Source: Octopus sinensis
Taxonomy: Eukaryota
Reading direction: 5' to 3'
DNA length: 64,000 nucleotides
Assembly (NCBI RefSeq): GCF_006345805.1
Contig: NC_043013.1
Coordinates: 10,106,001 to 10,170,000, forward strand
Shown: piece after piece, positions 25,941-39,963 of the stretch
Layout of the letters: every line of letters begins with the position of its first letter
Numbering within the stretch: position 1 is the first letter of the stretch
The notes under the pieces: model-generated
Databases searched by the model: none
What the model was told of the DNA's origin: nothing
Seen by the model: the letters and a program-made list of their open reading frames with translations, nothing else
Position numbers and translations under genes: made by a program

Positions 25941-26224
25941 AGTTTTTGTTTCATAATAATAATTGGCATTGCACTATTACTTTATTTCTTTTTTCGCTTG
26001 CCTCTTTCGCATTTTCCGTTTACTGTTTTGTTTTTCTTCTTTTTCTTCTTATTTTGTGTTTTTTATTGTTTTTCTATTTTGTTCTTCGTAATTTCACTAC
26101 GGAATGTTGGAGAAGATTAGTTAATAACAACTTAAATCATTTATTACATTCGGATGTGACCGAACAACACCTAAAATATATGCACACACACACGCGTCTA
26201 CATACATACATACATACATACATA

Positions 26225-26276
<52 letters not shown>

Positions 26277-26339
26277 GTATATTATATATATGCATGCAGA
26301 CGTATAAACACAATATATATATATATTTATACGTATATG

Positions 26340-26405
<66 letters not shown>

Positions 26406-27017
26406 ATATATTATGTATTATATAGATACATATATCCATACATACACATGTATGTATGTATGCATGTATGTATGTATGTATGTATGTATGTATGTATGTA
26501 TGTATAGAAAAGCTCATAAACCATCACACTGCAAATGAAGACAGCAAAACAAGCAAGCATCAAGTCCGACAGCAGAAGATGCAAAAGTAATATAAATATA
26601 AAATAAAAACTTTGAAAAACCCTCAAAATATACATAAAACTATATAACAGACATTAAAACCAACAACAACAACAACAACAACATAGACGATCATAATTAT
26701 TAATATTATTTTTATTATTATATAGTTATGGTTAAATGACAGTGATGTTGAGCTGAGCCAACGAAGTTGAAGTAAAGAGGTGTCTGCAAGCCTTAAATTA
26801 TACACTTCAACTAACAAAAATGGATGCAGTTTCAGCTTGGTCGATAATTTGATGGTGGCCGTGTTTCATATGAGCTACGAACGAGTCGAGACGAGCCACA
26901 CCAGACTGAATGCGTTGATCTGCGGCAATATTAAGTGGTCCACTAGGTGCTCAACTACACTTTATAATACAATTGGTGGAACCAATAAAACAGATGTAAA
27001 AATTATATCAACGTATA

Positions 27018-27419
27018 AGCGCAGGAGTGGCTGTGTGGTAAGTAGCTTGTTTACCAACCACATGGTTCCAGGTTCAGTCCCACTGCGTGGCACCTTGGGC
27101 AAGTGTCTTCTACTATAGCCTCGGGCCGACCAAAGCCTTGTGAGTGGATTTGGTTGACGGAAACTGAAAAGAAGCCCGTCGTAGATATGTATATATATAT
27201 ATATATAATGCATGTGTGTGTTTGTGTGTCTGTGTTTGTCCCCCTAGCATTGCTTGACAACGTTTACGTCCCCGTCACCTAGCGGTTCGGCAAAACAGAC
27301 CGATAGAATAAGTACTGGGCTTACAAAGAATAAGTCCCGGTGTCGATTCGCTCGACTAAAGGCGGTGCTCCAGCATGGCCGCAGTCAAATGACTGAAACA
27401 AGTAAAAGAGTAAAGAGTA
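27018..27419 (+). mobile_element. SINE family A, full length, low divergence
   Basis: Head GCGCAGGAGTGGCTGTGTGGTAAG, B-box-like GGTTCAGTCCC, CORE-like CCTTGGGCAAGTGTCTT, internal TA/TG tract, 3' module, AAAAGAGT tail. Confidence 0.93.
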
Positions 27420-27595
27420 TATATAAAACCATGGCTGTGCGGGTAAAAAGATTGGTTCCATACCTCCTGGTTACGTGTTAAAAGTTAATGCGCCGAAAAT
27501 TGGACAAGTGATCTTCTATAACCTTGGCCACCCAAAGGTTTGCGAGTGGATTTGGCGGACACAAGCTGTGTAGGAACCATCGAGTATGTGTCTGT

Positions 27596-27998
27596 TTTTA
27601 TTCTTTTGCTTGTTTCAGTCAATTGACTGTAGTCATGCTGGAGCACCACATTGACTTTTATTTTATTTTTTTAGTCGAACGAATCGACCCCAGTACTTAT
27701 TTCGCAAACCTGCTACTGGTTTTATCAATCTGTTTTGCCGAACCGCTAGATTACAGGGACGTAAACACACCAAAACCGGGTTTCAAGCAGTGATGTGGAC
27801 ACAAAGACATACACACGCATACAAATACATATATACATACGACAAGCTTGTTTCAGTCCCTGCTATCAAATCCACCCACAAGTCTTTGGTGAGCCCGAGG
27901 CTATAGAAGTCACTTACCCAAGGTGCCACGCAGTGTGAACAAACATGTAACCATGTAGTTGGGAAACAACTTTCTTAACATAGAACTACGCCTGTGCC
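27596..27998 (-). mobile_element. SINE family A, full length, diverged
   Basis: GTTTCAGTCAATTGACTGTAGTCATGCTGGAGCACC...CCAAGGTGCCACGCAGTG. Confidence 0.85.
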
Positions 27999-28082
27999 TA
28001 AGTGGGTTTTCTGTCCACGTTGGACACGAACCCACACTTCTATGTTTTCGCGACAAGTGTACTACCGTTGCATCAGCCTACC

Positions 28083-28115
<33 letters not shown>

Positions 28116-28158
28116 ATATATATATATTATATACATATATACATATATAATATATATC

Positions 28159-28200
<42 letters not shown>

Positions 28201-28959
28201 TATATATATATATATATATAACATTTATATGTACATATACATACAAATATGTGTGTATTCATATGTATGTATGTGTGTTGTTTTATTTTTGCCCAGCCGA
28301 CGCTTCACAAGAAGCGTTAGCTTGTTTATCTCCCCGAAGCTTTTTAGTTCACAAAAAGAGAAAATAATGTACCAGTCTTAAAAAGATAAAGAAACTTCTT
28401 GGGGTTTATTTGTTCCTCTAAAATTCTTCAAAGTGGTAACCTTGCATAATGGCAATCGAATGACTGAAACAAGTATGAAAAAAATTAAACTAAGTGTAGG
28501 GGTGTAAGTCCATGTTATAATTAATAATTGGCAGCGTACCTTCGAGAACTTTTAAAGTGAATGAGTGAATAAATGAACTTATTTTTAATGAATGTGTAAA
28601 TTATTGAATTAGTGGAACAAGGAAATTTCAAACCAGCGAAGAGGAATTAGGAGTGCCTTGTAAATAAGTAATATTTTTGTCCTAGGATTTATAAGGCACC
28701 TTAACCAGTTCCCATGGCTTATACACGACTAGAGTCACAACACTGGACGGGATGCCAGTTCAACTCACTTTTACTCTCATTGATGTCTTGAGACCTGTGT
28801 ACACAGGGCAAAGGCCTAGGAGCCCCTCATACCTAGATGTCGAATTGCAATACATGTAGCCTTTGGATTGTTCTCAATGAATAAATAGTATAAGCCCCAG
28901 TGCATTGATTTGCACAGGGAGCTAAAATGCTCCTGCGACGGCCAAGTTATTGATTTATA

Positions 28960-29085
28960 GCTGAGTGAAGTGTAGCAGTGAGAAATGAAATGTTTTGCTC
29001 AAGAACACAACGCCGCTTCCGATCATACAATCAAAGCCACGATCTTGTGAGTAACACCCTTTACCACTAGGCCACCATCCTTCAC
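28960..29085 (-). mobile_element. SINE family D head, degenerate
   Basis: GAAATGAAATGTTTTGCTCAAGAACACAACGCC matches 36090-36125. Confidence 0.7.
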
Positions 29086-30420
29086 TAGTGTGTCTTGAAA
29101 AATATCTAAATTCACTTTATATTAATAAAATCAAGGAGCAAATGAATGAATTTATTTTTAATGAACGTGTCAGTTGAGAGAAGAAAATGTCACAAAGCAA
29201 CAAACTAAGAATAGAAAGACAAGTAAAAGTAAAATATTGTCATGATGTCTTGAAGAATATAGAAATTCTTTCTATTTGCTTGAATGGTGACAAATGAACT
29301 ACTAATGGCGAACAATGGCGAACAGCCACTAGTAGTAGCTGGATATTAAAGAAAGAAAGAATTATGAATGAAATGATAAGGATTTAATGAATGAGGGTAA
29401 TTGCTTTCTTGAATCAATAAACGAATAAAATGAATGAATGAATGAATGGTTGGATGAATGAAAATAGATCAATGAACGAATACATAGATGCAGGAATAGT
29501 AAAACTTGTGGGAAAACGTCACTAGGCCAGTGGGAAATTGCTGCAGTTCACTCAGTGGGAAATCGCTTTAGCAAATGACTGAAGAAATGAAAGAATGGAA
29601 CGAGTGAAATAGATGAAAGGATGAATAAATGAGTGAATGAGTAAGTGGGTGAGTGACCGTCTAAAGGATTGAAGGAACGAACGACGCATGAAAGAAGGAA
29701 TGAGTGAATAAGTAAAGTCACTAACGAATATATATATAAATAGTGAACAACTTAGTGATACAATGAATGAGCGTAAATGAATGAGTTAACACGTGAAGAA
29801 AATAATATGTGTGATGTGGTGTATATATATATATAATATATATATATATCATATATATACATATTCATATATATAAATATGTATTGTATATATATGTGTT
29901 GTATATATATTTATATATCTATATACCTATATACTATATATATTATCTGTATATGTATGATATATATAATATATAATATAGTGTTTATATATACACACCA
30001 CACACATAACACACACCCACACACAACACACATATATATATATATATATATATTTGTGTGTGTGTGTGTGTGTGTATTACATAGATATTTTATATCATAA
30101 TATATAACAATATATACATAAGTAGTGAATGACCTAGTGATGTAATGAAACGAATGAGTGTAATGAATGAGTGAGGGAACTAACAAGCGAAGAAACTAAC
30201 AAAATATATAAATGATGAATGAATTATCGTGAACTACTTGTTAGATCCAACAATGAATGAAAAAAAGAAACAAATGAATGAGAAAATAATAAAAGTGTGA
30301 ATGATTTGAAAAACTGAATGTTGAATGAATGTAATATTTTATGAAAGAAGGAATGTAGCAAAGAATGAGTAAATGCATATATAAGTAAATAAATGAATGA
30401 AAGAAATTAGGCCAACGCGA

Positions 30421-31476
30421 GGAAAATTTAACATACAAAAGACAGGATAAATAGATTAAATAATGAAATTAATGAATGAATGAGCTATAAGGAATGAATT
30501 AATGGATGAGTGAAATTAGGAATTGAATGAAAACAAATATGTTTAAGTCAACACAAAGAAAATTGAACGAACTAACCACAGGATAGATAAATTAAATAAT
30601 TAAATGAAAGAATGAATGAGCTATAAGGAATGAATTAATGAATGGATGAAATTAGGAATGAAATGAAAACAAATAAGTTTAAGTCAACACAAGGAAAATT
30701 GAACGAACTAACGACAGGAAAGATAAATTAAATAATTAAATGAAAGAATGAATGAGCTATAAGGAATGAATTAATGAATGGATGAAATTAGGAATGAAAT
30801 GAAAACGAATAAGTTTAAGTCAACACAAGGAAAATTGAACGAACTAACCACAGGAAAGATAAATTAAATAATTCAATGAATGAATGAGCTATAACGAATG
30901 AATTAATGGGCGAATAATAATTAGGAATGAAATGAAGGCAAATTAGCATAAGTCAACGCAACGAACATACGACAAGATAAATAAATTGTATGATTTAATG
31001 AATGAATGAACAAGCTATAACGAATGAATTAGTGGATGAATAAAATTTGGAATGAAAAACAGCAGCAAGTATAAGACAAAACGGAAAATGGACGAAGTAA
31101 CGACAGGATGAATAAATTGAATAATTAAATGAATGAATGAATGAGCTATAAGGAATGAATTAATGAATGAATGAATGAAATTAGGAATGAAATGAAAACA
31201 AATAAGTTTAAGTCAACACAAGGAAAATTGAACGAACTAGCGACAGGATGAAATTGAATAATTTAATGAATGAATGAATGAGCTATAAGGAATGAATTAA
31301 TGAATTAATGAAATTAAGAATGAAATGAAAACAAATAAGTTTAAGTCAACACAAGGAAAATTGAACGAACTAACGGCAGGATAAAGAAATTGAATAATTT
31401 AATGAATGAATGAATGAGCTATAAGGAATGAATTAATGGATGAATGAAATTAGGAATGAAATGAAGGCAAATAAGA
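30421..31476. repeat. Tandem array of about 8 units of ~133 bp, (AATG)-derived
   Basis: GAGCTATAA anchor at 30482, 30618, 30754, 30886, 31012, 31143, 31280 and 31416. Confidence 0.92.
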
Positions 31477-32888
31477 TTTTCTTTGTGTTTGGTTAAATCT
31501 GGATCAACCAATCGGAAATGCGATGTCAGGAGAGACAATTCTGCAGATGCCAAACAGAGAAATGAAAACCAAGATACAAAGAAAGAAACAAATAAAGAAT
31601 GGCGAGAAACAAATAAAGAGAACAGAGAGAGGGAGGGGGAGAGAGGGGGAAAGGGGAAAGAGAACGGGAGAGGGAGGAGAGATAGAAAGGATAGAAAAAT
31701 ATATGAGAAAACAAAAAGAATTTTTGCGTGCATTTGTGTGTGATCGTGTAAATGTACGTGTGTATACGTGTCAGCGTATCTATACGTGTGTGCAGATGTA
31801 TGAATGCATATGTGTACAAGTGTTTGGGGTTTTCTACACCGTTCACCATAATGTATGTATGTGTAGATGAATGTATGTGTATACACGAATGCGTGTCTAT
31901 GTGTATATTTGTGTTTGTAGGATATAGTATATGGGTGTGCACATGTATACGTGTGTACTTGCGTGTGTTTGGCGTGTGCAATTGTATGTGAGTGTGCACG
32001 TAGTGTTTGCGACTGTATATGTGTGTAAGTGTTATGTATGAGTACGAGTGTGTCTCTGAGTGCATGTATGTTAAATGTGAGTGTTCCTGTGGATGCGTGA
32101 GTGAGTGTGCGCGCGCGTGTTTGTGGCTTGGAGCCGAATTAACGTCAGCGAAGATTTATAAGACAAATGATTATTATAATGTAATAGATGGTTTATAGGA
32201 AAACGAGATTGGGCGAAAGAGAAAAACAGGAAGTGGTGGCGGAAGGGGTTGAGACGTAGGAGTACAGAGGTACAAAGTGAGAGAGAGAGAGAGAGATAAA
32301 TAGGGACAGAGAGAAACATAGAGAGACTGTGAAAGGGAGGTGACGAACCAAACAGAAAATGAAAGAGAGGGTGTGCAACGGAAGAGGGAAGGAAGAGGAG
32401 TGCTGGTTGTTATTTGGCATGAGATGTTTGGCGGGAAATCCCGCATACATTGACGTTTCACAGCTGCGATTGGTTCATTATAAGACAGCTCGTCTTATCC
32501 GTAGTTATAAATGGTTTAATAATAATTCAATAATGATAATAGAAAACAAAGGAAGGTGGATTGCACAATGGTTGAATGGTGGTCAAATGTACCTTGCTTC
32601 TTTTCATTATTACATTCTTCTTAGATTTTCTGTTCAAATACCCGCTCCGCTTAACTATAATCCTTTCGAGTAATCCCCTACACCGCCCTTTGTCCATAAA
32701 ATAAGTATTAGACAAGAATTCATATGGGTTGTCATCCTCTTCTAATATGGCCGCCCGCAAATATTTCAGGTTGTGTGTCTATACTACTCCTACTGCTGCT
32801 GCTGCTACTACTACTACTACTACTACTACTAATACTACTACTACTACTGCAAATAATATTAATAATAATAATGATGATGATGATGATG

Positions 32889-32947
<59 letters not shown>

Positions 32948-33489
32948 TAATACGTTCAGTTTTTGATACAAGGCCTGCAAGTCGATTATATCTACCCCGG
33001 TGTTAAATTGTTCAATCGCTACTTATGTTATCGATGCCTAAAGTATGAAATGCAAAGTCTACCTTGGCGGAATTCGAACACAGAACATAAACTTAAAAAG
33101 CTTTGGGGACAACACCATTTGACACTCTTTAGCACTAAGGATGAAAACAAATACAAAAAAAAAAGCAGCAGGAAACCTTAATATATCGGAACAATGCAAT
33201 GATCTTAATATTCAGATCAAGTTGGGGAATACTTCAGTGGTCGAATAATATTCGAATTTCTTTCAACGACCAAACTATATAACATATTGTATTCGCGAAC
33301 ATAAATGTCGAGGAAGAATGTAGTGTAAATGCGAAGTGCAAACATTCTAACTTATTCTCTCTGCAAAATGCTGCTGCATAACACATGAAACTTTAGGCTC
33401 GCAAAATCAATTTGGTATATAAGTCGATCGATGTTTTTTTGGCAATAAATTTTTCTCAATATAATTCGACTTGTGTGCCGGCAAGTGCG

Positions 33490-33700
33490 GAGTATATATA
33501 TATTATCCGTATGTGGGAAATTCTGTCTGTGATTGTGTTTGTGGAGTTGTTAGCTAACTTCTCCTACATCGTTTTATCGATCTTGAAACTTGACACGTGA
33601 GTAGAACTCATACCTGGAAACATGATGGCATACTCAGTTTGTTGGAAAAAATCGACAATATAAATATGGATCCCTGGAAGGGATCCTTATATATAGTATA
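33490..33700 (+). mobile_element. Possible Helentron-type non-autonomous (HINE-like) fragment
   Basis: CTGTCTGTG tract and TATCGATCTTGAAACTTGACAC phrase; GGATCCCT/AGGGATCC hairpin at 33668-33686; ends not identified. Confidence 0.3.
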
Positions 33701-34316
33701 TTTTATTTTAAAAGCCAGGAGAAATAACCAATACACACCTGCAAGGAATCCTTTTTGCTAGATTATTTGGTAAAAATGAAATTGAGTATGCTTATTTCTT
33801 AGTATTTGAACTGTAAGAGTTATTTTCGCAATTTATCAAGTACAACACTTAAACAAGTAAATAGCATTTTCCTAAACAATAGATCCACTTATTTCGGTCA
33901 GTGACTTATTCACGAATATAGCAACACTAGCGCCCCTGAGAGTAATATTCTCTGGGAATGCACAAAAGCCCTTTTCAGAGTTAGGTACTTTGAATTGTTA
34001 TTATCTCATATCTGGTTAGCCTGTTATTACGTAACACGCTTCACAATTTTAGTATACATACGTTATTAGCATTTCTTCCTATATTCTATATACTCTGGGA
34101 ATGTATTAAAGCCTTTTTCGGGGCTACTTTATTTGAATTCTTACTATCGGATAACTAATTTCATGTTACTACATAACTGACTACACAATTTAGGTATTCA
34201 TAACTTATTGGAAATTCCTAGACAGTACAAAATATGCTCCAACATACAACTCACATAAAGAATCTTGCAAACCAATCCCGAATCGAAATATATATACATA
34301 TATATATATATAATAA

Positions 34317-34347
<31 letters not shown>

Positions 34348-34359
34348 ATATATAATATA

Positions 34360-34394
<35 letters not shown>

Positions 34395-34418
34395 ATATTA
34401 TATATATATATATATATA

Positions 34419-34609
34419 CGATCGTAAGTTTGTGGTTTCGATTCCTGGACTGGGCAACGCGTCGTGTTCTTGAGCAAGACACTTCATTTCACGTTGAACC
34501 AGTCCACTCAGCTGGCAAAAATGAGTAACACTGCGATGGACTGGCGTCCCGTCCAGCTGGGGAACACATACGCCATAGAAACCGGGCCCTTTAAAAAGGC
34601 GCATTTATT
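34419..34609 (+). mobile_element. SINE family D, 5'-truncated and internally shortened
   Basis: GGTTTCGATTCCTGGACTGGGC...TTCTTGAGCAAGACACTTCATTTCACG...GCATTTATT. Confidence 0.85.
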
Positions 34610-35086
34610 ATTTTTTAAAAATATTATATATATATATATATATATAACAGTTAAGGAATAGAGTAGATATGGTCCTGGCTACATATATTTCATAGCGAGC
34701 CGACCTCAGACATGGTAAGATATTCAAGTGAAGTGTATACCGCGGGCTACTATTCAGGCCAAGGATATCTCCTCACCTACTGTGCTACCTACACATTCTG
34801 ATTGAATTTTCTATGTTTTAACATGTACCGCCCTGCGACAATGCAAACTTTCAGTTAGTCAAGATATTCTTGGCTTGAAAAATAACCTGCAGTATGCACC
34901 TCGCTTGGATATTTGCCACATCTGAGGTCCCGCTCATTATGAAACATATGTAGCACGGATCTTTGCAAACTGCTGTTTATATTAATTATTATATACATAT
35001 ATATAAATATAAATAAATAAATATATATATATATACATAATATATACAATACATACAAACATATATATATATATACATATATATTT

Positions 35087-35139
<53 letters not shown>

Positions 35140-35223
35140 TTATTTACATATATCTATATGCATATTATATATTTACATATTATATATATATATATATTTA
35201 CATATATATATATATATATTTAC

Positions 35224-35317
<94 letters not shown>

Positions 35318-35322
35318 ATTAT

Positions 35323-35354
<32 letters not shown>

Positions 35355-35355
35355 T

Positions 35356-35447
35356 AAGGTATGTAGAAAAATACAACATGGACAAGAACGTATAACTCTT
35401 AGAAGACGACACAATAAACAAGGACAGGACATTCGAACCCCTCAGTC
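35356..35447 (-). mobile_element. Unclassified repeat inside (TA)n, homologous to 49735-49855
   Basis: Shared block TCGTCTTCTAA..GTT...CGTTCTTGTCC. Confidence 0.6.
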
Positions 35448-35785
35448 TTATATATATATATGAGTGTGTGTGCGCGCGTGCGTTTGTGTGTCTGTGTGCG
35501 TGCGTGTGTTGTGGGCGTCATGTTTCGCTGGGGTTGGTTAAATTGATGTGGCTAAGTCTGAGAAAAGTACACTAATGATCGAGAAGGTTCTTCATCATGT
35601 TTTGCAATCTGCAGAAAAATAGTGAACTATTTATATAGCTACTATATAAATTATATATATATATTCATACACACACACGCACCACACACACACACACACA
35701 CACACATGCACGTGCACACACACATATGGTAGACAAGTAAGTAAATAGATGATTGACGCTTCAAAAAGTTTGTTTATATATATAT

Positions 35786-35822
<37 letters not shown>

Positions 35823-35930
35823 TGGCCTGCTCGCTTAGCCAGCAGGGTGGCGTCATTTGAAGGCTAACACAATGCGAAGCGCATTGTGAGCAGCGATGTG
35901 TAGCAACATCTGATAGCCTGGTCGGTCACA
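35823..35930 (+). mobile_element. SINE family C 3' fragment
   Basis: GGCCTGCTCGCTTAGCCAGCAGGGTGGCGTCATTTGAAGGCTAA matches 22475-22520. Confidence 0.9.
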
Positions 35931-35945
35931 TATGTGTGTATGTAT

Positions 35946-36203
35946 AATAAATAAATGCACCCTTTTAAAGCCCAGCCAGGCTCATGGACCCGGTTTCTCG
36001 ATTTCCATGCCGTAAGTGTTCCCAAGCTGGACGAGATGCCAGTCCATTGCAGTGTTACACATTTTTACAAGCTGAGTGGACTGGAGCAACGTGAAGTGAA
36101 GTGTTTTGCTCAAGAACACAACGCGTCACCCAGTCCAGGAATCGAAACCACAACCTTACGATCATGATGCTGACACTCTAACCACTAAACCACGTGCCTC
36201 CAC
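35946..36203 (-). mobile_element. SINE family D, full length
   Basis: Minus-strand head GTGGAGGCACGTGGTTTAGTGGTTAGAG (A box), GGTTTCGATTCC (B box), (ATT) tail. Confidence 0.9.
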
Positions 36204-36985
36204 ACATATATATGTGTGTGTGTGTGTGTGGTAACTATTTATACGTATGTATGTATGCATGTATGTGTGTGTATGTGTGTGTGTTTGTGTGGATTAGAAG
36301 TCTAATGTTTATGCGTATAATCTTTAATTATATTTGCTCCTGATTTCAAATTTCTGATGTTGTTACATGTTCTGTTATCATTCTACGGTAATAAAGTAAT
36401 GTATCTAGTTTTCCAATTATGCTATTATTTAGATTATCATATTTCTTTGCTTGGTAGCTTGATTGCTTATGATTGTTTCATTACTATAATATTGTCCTTT
36501 GTTTAAAAATTGGTCGCAATCAGGGAGACACGTGATTGCATCTAAAATTGATTATCTTTCATTATAGAACAACAGTTATATTTGAACGTGGCTTAAGAGT
36601 AAAGCCAACAATTCGTAATATGAATTAATGTAAAATACAAGCGGAGAAAAAATATTAAGATAAATAGAAGTCAAGATTATAAGAGTGATATGAGAGCATG
36701 GCCGAACAACATGTTGCTACGGAAATGTAAAAAAAAAAGTAATGTGATTGTATAAAACAAATGGTGAATATGACAAGAGGCATGAATGGATAAATGTAAT
36801 GTATGCATGTATGGATTGATGGCTGGATGAATGGATGGATGGTTGTCTTGTTATGTATGGATTTAAGAACCATAGTATGTATATATGTATCGACGTAGCG
36901 AGATGCATACACACACGAATGCATATACGTAGAATCTAGCATTACATATGTAAAACATATATATCTTTGTATCTCTCTCTCTCTG

Positions 36986-37050
<65 letters not shown>

Positions 37051-37139
37051 TTATCTAAGTATATATATATGTGTGTGTGTGTATATATATATGTATATGT
37101 ATACTTGTATTCAGATTTTCTAAATACATACAAAGGGAA

Positions 37140-37203
<64 letters not shown>

Positions 37204-37739
37204 CTGTGCAGCGTATGTATGTATATGTGCATGTTAATTAATTTGAACACATGTATATCTATCACTCATCGTCTTTCCACTTTCCCCTAAATTCTCTCTG
37301 AATATATGTATGCGTGTATATGCGGACTATATATATATATATATACACGTATTTATCTTTTTTTTTTAATTTTATGATATTTTGGTTGTGAATTAATAGA
37401 GGGAATAAAACGTAAAGAACAAAGAATATATACATAACAAATTGTCAAGACCAATCATAATTCAGATGTGATATGCTGAATAACGGATGGATCTAAAGGA
37501 TTACACGCATTTTGTTTCCAAAAGTTTTCATATGAATTTAATCATACATACGTGTATAGACAACATTCCGTATTTGAAACGTAAACCAAGAAGCCACAGT
37601 CACATCAATGCACACGAATATTGGCACTCAGATACGGACACACACATACACAAAATGTACCATAGCCTGCTCATACGGATTTCTAAATATTTCACATACT
37701 TGCATGTAGAGATTACAGTTTTTAATCCTGGAAGCATGA

Positions 37740-37796
37740 TATGCCTTGTGACGTGTATGGATATATATATATATATATATAATATATTATATATAT

Positions 37797-37839
<43 letters not shown>

Positions 37840-38760
37840 GTGCATGCTTATATACATGGGTATCATAAACGTGAATGTTTGCCACCTAATTAATATATAA
37901 TATATATATGTCTGTGTATATATATATATATGAATATAAATATATATATGCACATATATTTATACTTCTATTACTATATATATAATATATATGTATATAT
38001 ATTATAATATACCTATGTATATATATATATATATGTATATAATATATATATATATATATATAATATATATATAGATATGTGTGTGTGTTTGTGTGTGTGT
38101 GTGTGTATATATGTATATATATATGTGTGTGTGTGTCTGTTTTTGTGTATGTATGTATGTATGTTTACATACACACATTCGTACATACTCAGATATACAT
38201 TCACAGAAGGTAGCATAAATGAATTTACATTCACATGACTTCGTAACTTTTACTTTTGTATGTATCAAACACAAATATAAGTAACAAAATATAAATAAAA
38301 TAAAGTTGAAAACTGCAGGAAAAAGAAAAAGTAGTCAGGACAATTTTATTTAAAACATTTGTGAACTTTAACGAAAGTAATATTACGAAAATCTTTAGTC
38401 AAATAATTTGTAATTCTGGACCGTGTATAAGATCAATTTACTTAAATTTCCACGTTCAACTTCCTTACATTATGAATACAGTGGCCGATACATCGTATGC
38501 AAATTAATACGACTAAACAGTACGCTCACACCCATACATTAACGGTTATATGTGTTAAGTTTGTTGATTATTTGTCGCTAATTTGTTTTGTTGTTTGATA
38601 TATTTTCTGTTTGTACATGTGTAATTTTCCCCTGTATTTCATTTCAATTTCTGTGTAATTACGTCTTATTTATTTTTACCACCTATAGAGAAAATATTTC
38701 AATTCTTATATCTTTTATTTCTTTATGTTTTTCTGATTACTAAAAGTGTGTATGCATGTG

Positions 38761-38826
<66 letters not shown>

Positions 38827-39051
38827 CATTATATAATTTATAAATATATATTATATATAGATATGTATCTACATATCTATATATACACCAATTTACATTA
38901 ATTATACACACCACACACGAGCGCATAGACATACGTATACACACACATACACCTGTATATATATATATATATTATATATATATATATATATATACAAATA
39001 TATATATATGTATATATATATATGTATATATGTATATGTATATATATGTAC

Positions 39052-39114
<63 letters not shown>

Positions 39115-39189
39115 TATAATAATATATATATAATGTATATATGTATATGCATATATATGTACATATAATATATATATGCATATATACAA

Positions 39190-39220
<31 letters not shown>

Positions 39221-39254
39221 TGTATATACGTATATGTGTATATATGTAATATAA

Positions 39255-39316
<62 letters not shown>

Positions 39317-39345
39317 TATTTATAATATATATATCTATATTATAT

Positions 39346-39388
<43 letters not shown>

Positions 39389-39410
39389 CATATATATATA
39401 CATACACACA
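37740..39410. repeat. Extended TA-rich low-complexity region
   Basis: Multiple long (TA)n tracts with short unique spacers. Confidence 0.85.
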
Positions 39411-39753
39411 CATATACAGTAGCAGTTTGCATGTCTTAAAGTAAATTTTAAAAATAAACAGGTCTGATTAAAATTTGTGAAGTAGACGATATAGATTTAT
39501 TTTAAACCTTATAATTATATTTTACTGGGCCTCTTTAATTTAAATGGGCTTTTCGTGTAAATTTCTCTGCATCTTCTCCGGTCTGAATGACACCTTTAAT
39601 TATAAGAAGAGATTTGCATGGGAAATCTAGACATAACGAATATTTGTATTCAGAGTTGAAATGTGATAAAATGAATTATGAAATAAGATTTTACTTTCCA
39701 ATTTCTTTCTCTTTTGCCTATTTTCTTTATTTTCCTTTCTAATTCATTTTCAG

Positions 39754-39963
39754 CGATGGTTGTTTTTGCTCTCCTCATCATTTTTGTTCTTGCTGTCGAG
39801 CGCCAAAATAACTCTGACCAATCAGAATTATGCAAGTTCTCCTCAACCCTGGAATATCCATTCCCTGTTGCATATCGTTCCGTTTTTGGTTATCATACTT
39901 ATCTCATTGTTTAGTCAGGTGGGAAAACAGGGTTCGTGTACCCTTCCGATACTTCTGAGACAG
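39754..39963 (+). CDS. Candidate internal coding exon of an unidentified membrane protein
   Basis: Long polypyrimidine tract, CTAAT and TTTTCAG acceptor (39751-39753); open frame RWLFLLSSSFLFLLSS...PWNIHSLLHIVPFLVIILISLFSQ; two in-frame donors, CAG|GTGGGA (39918, 165 nt) and CAG|GTGAGA (39963, 210 nt); no homolog recognised. Confidence 0.35.
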
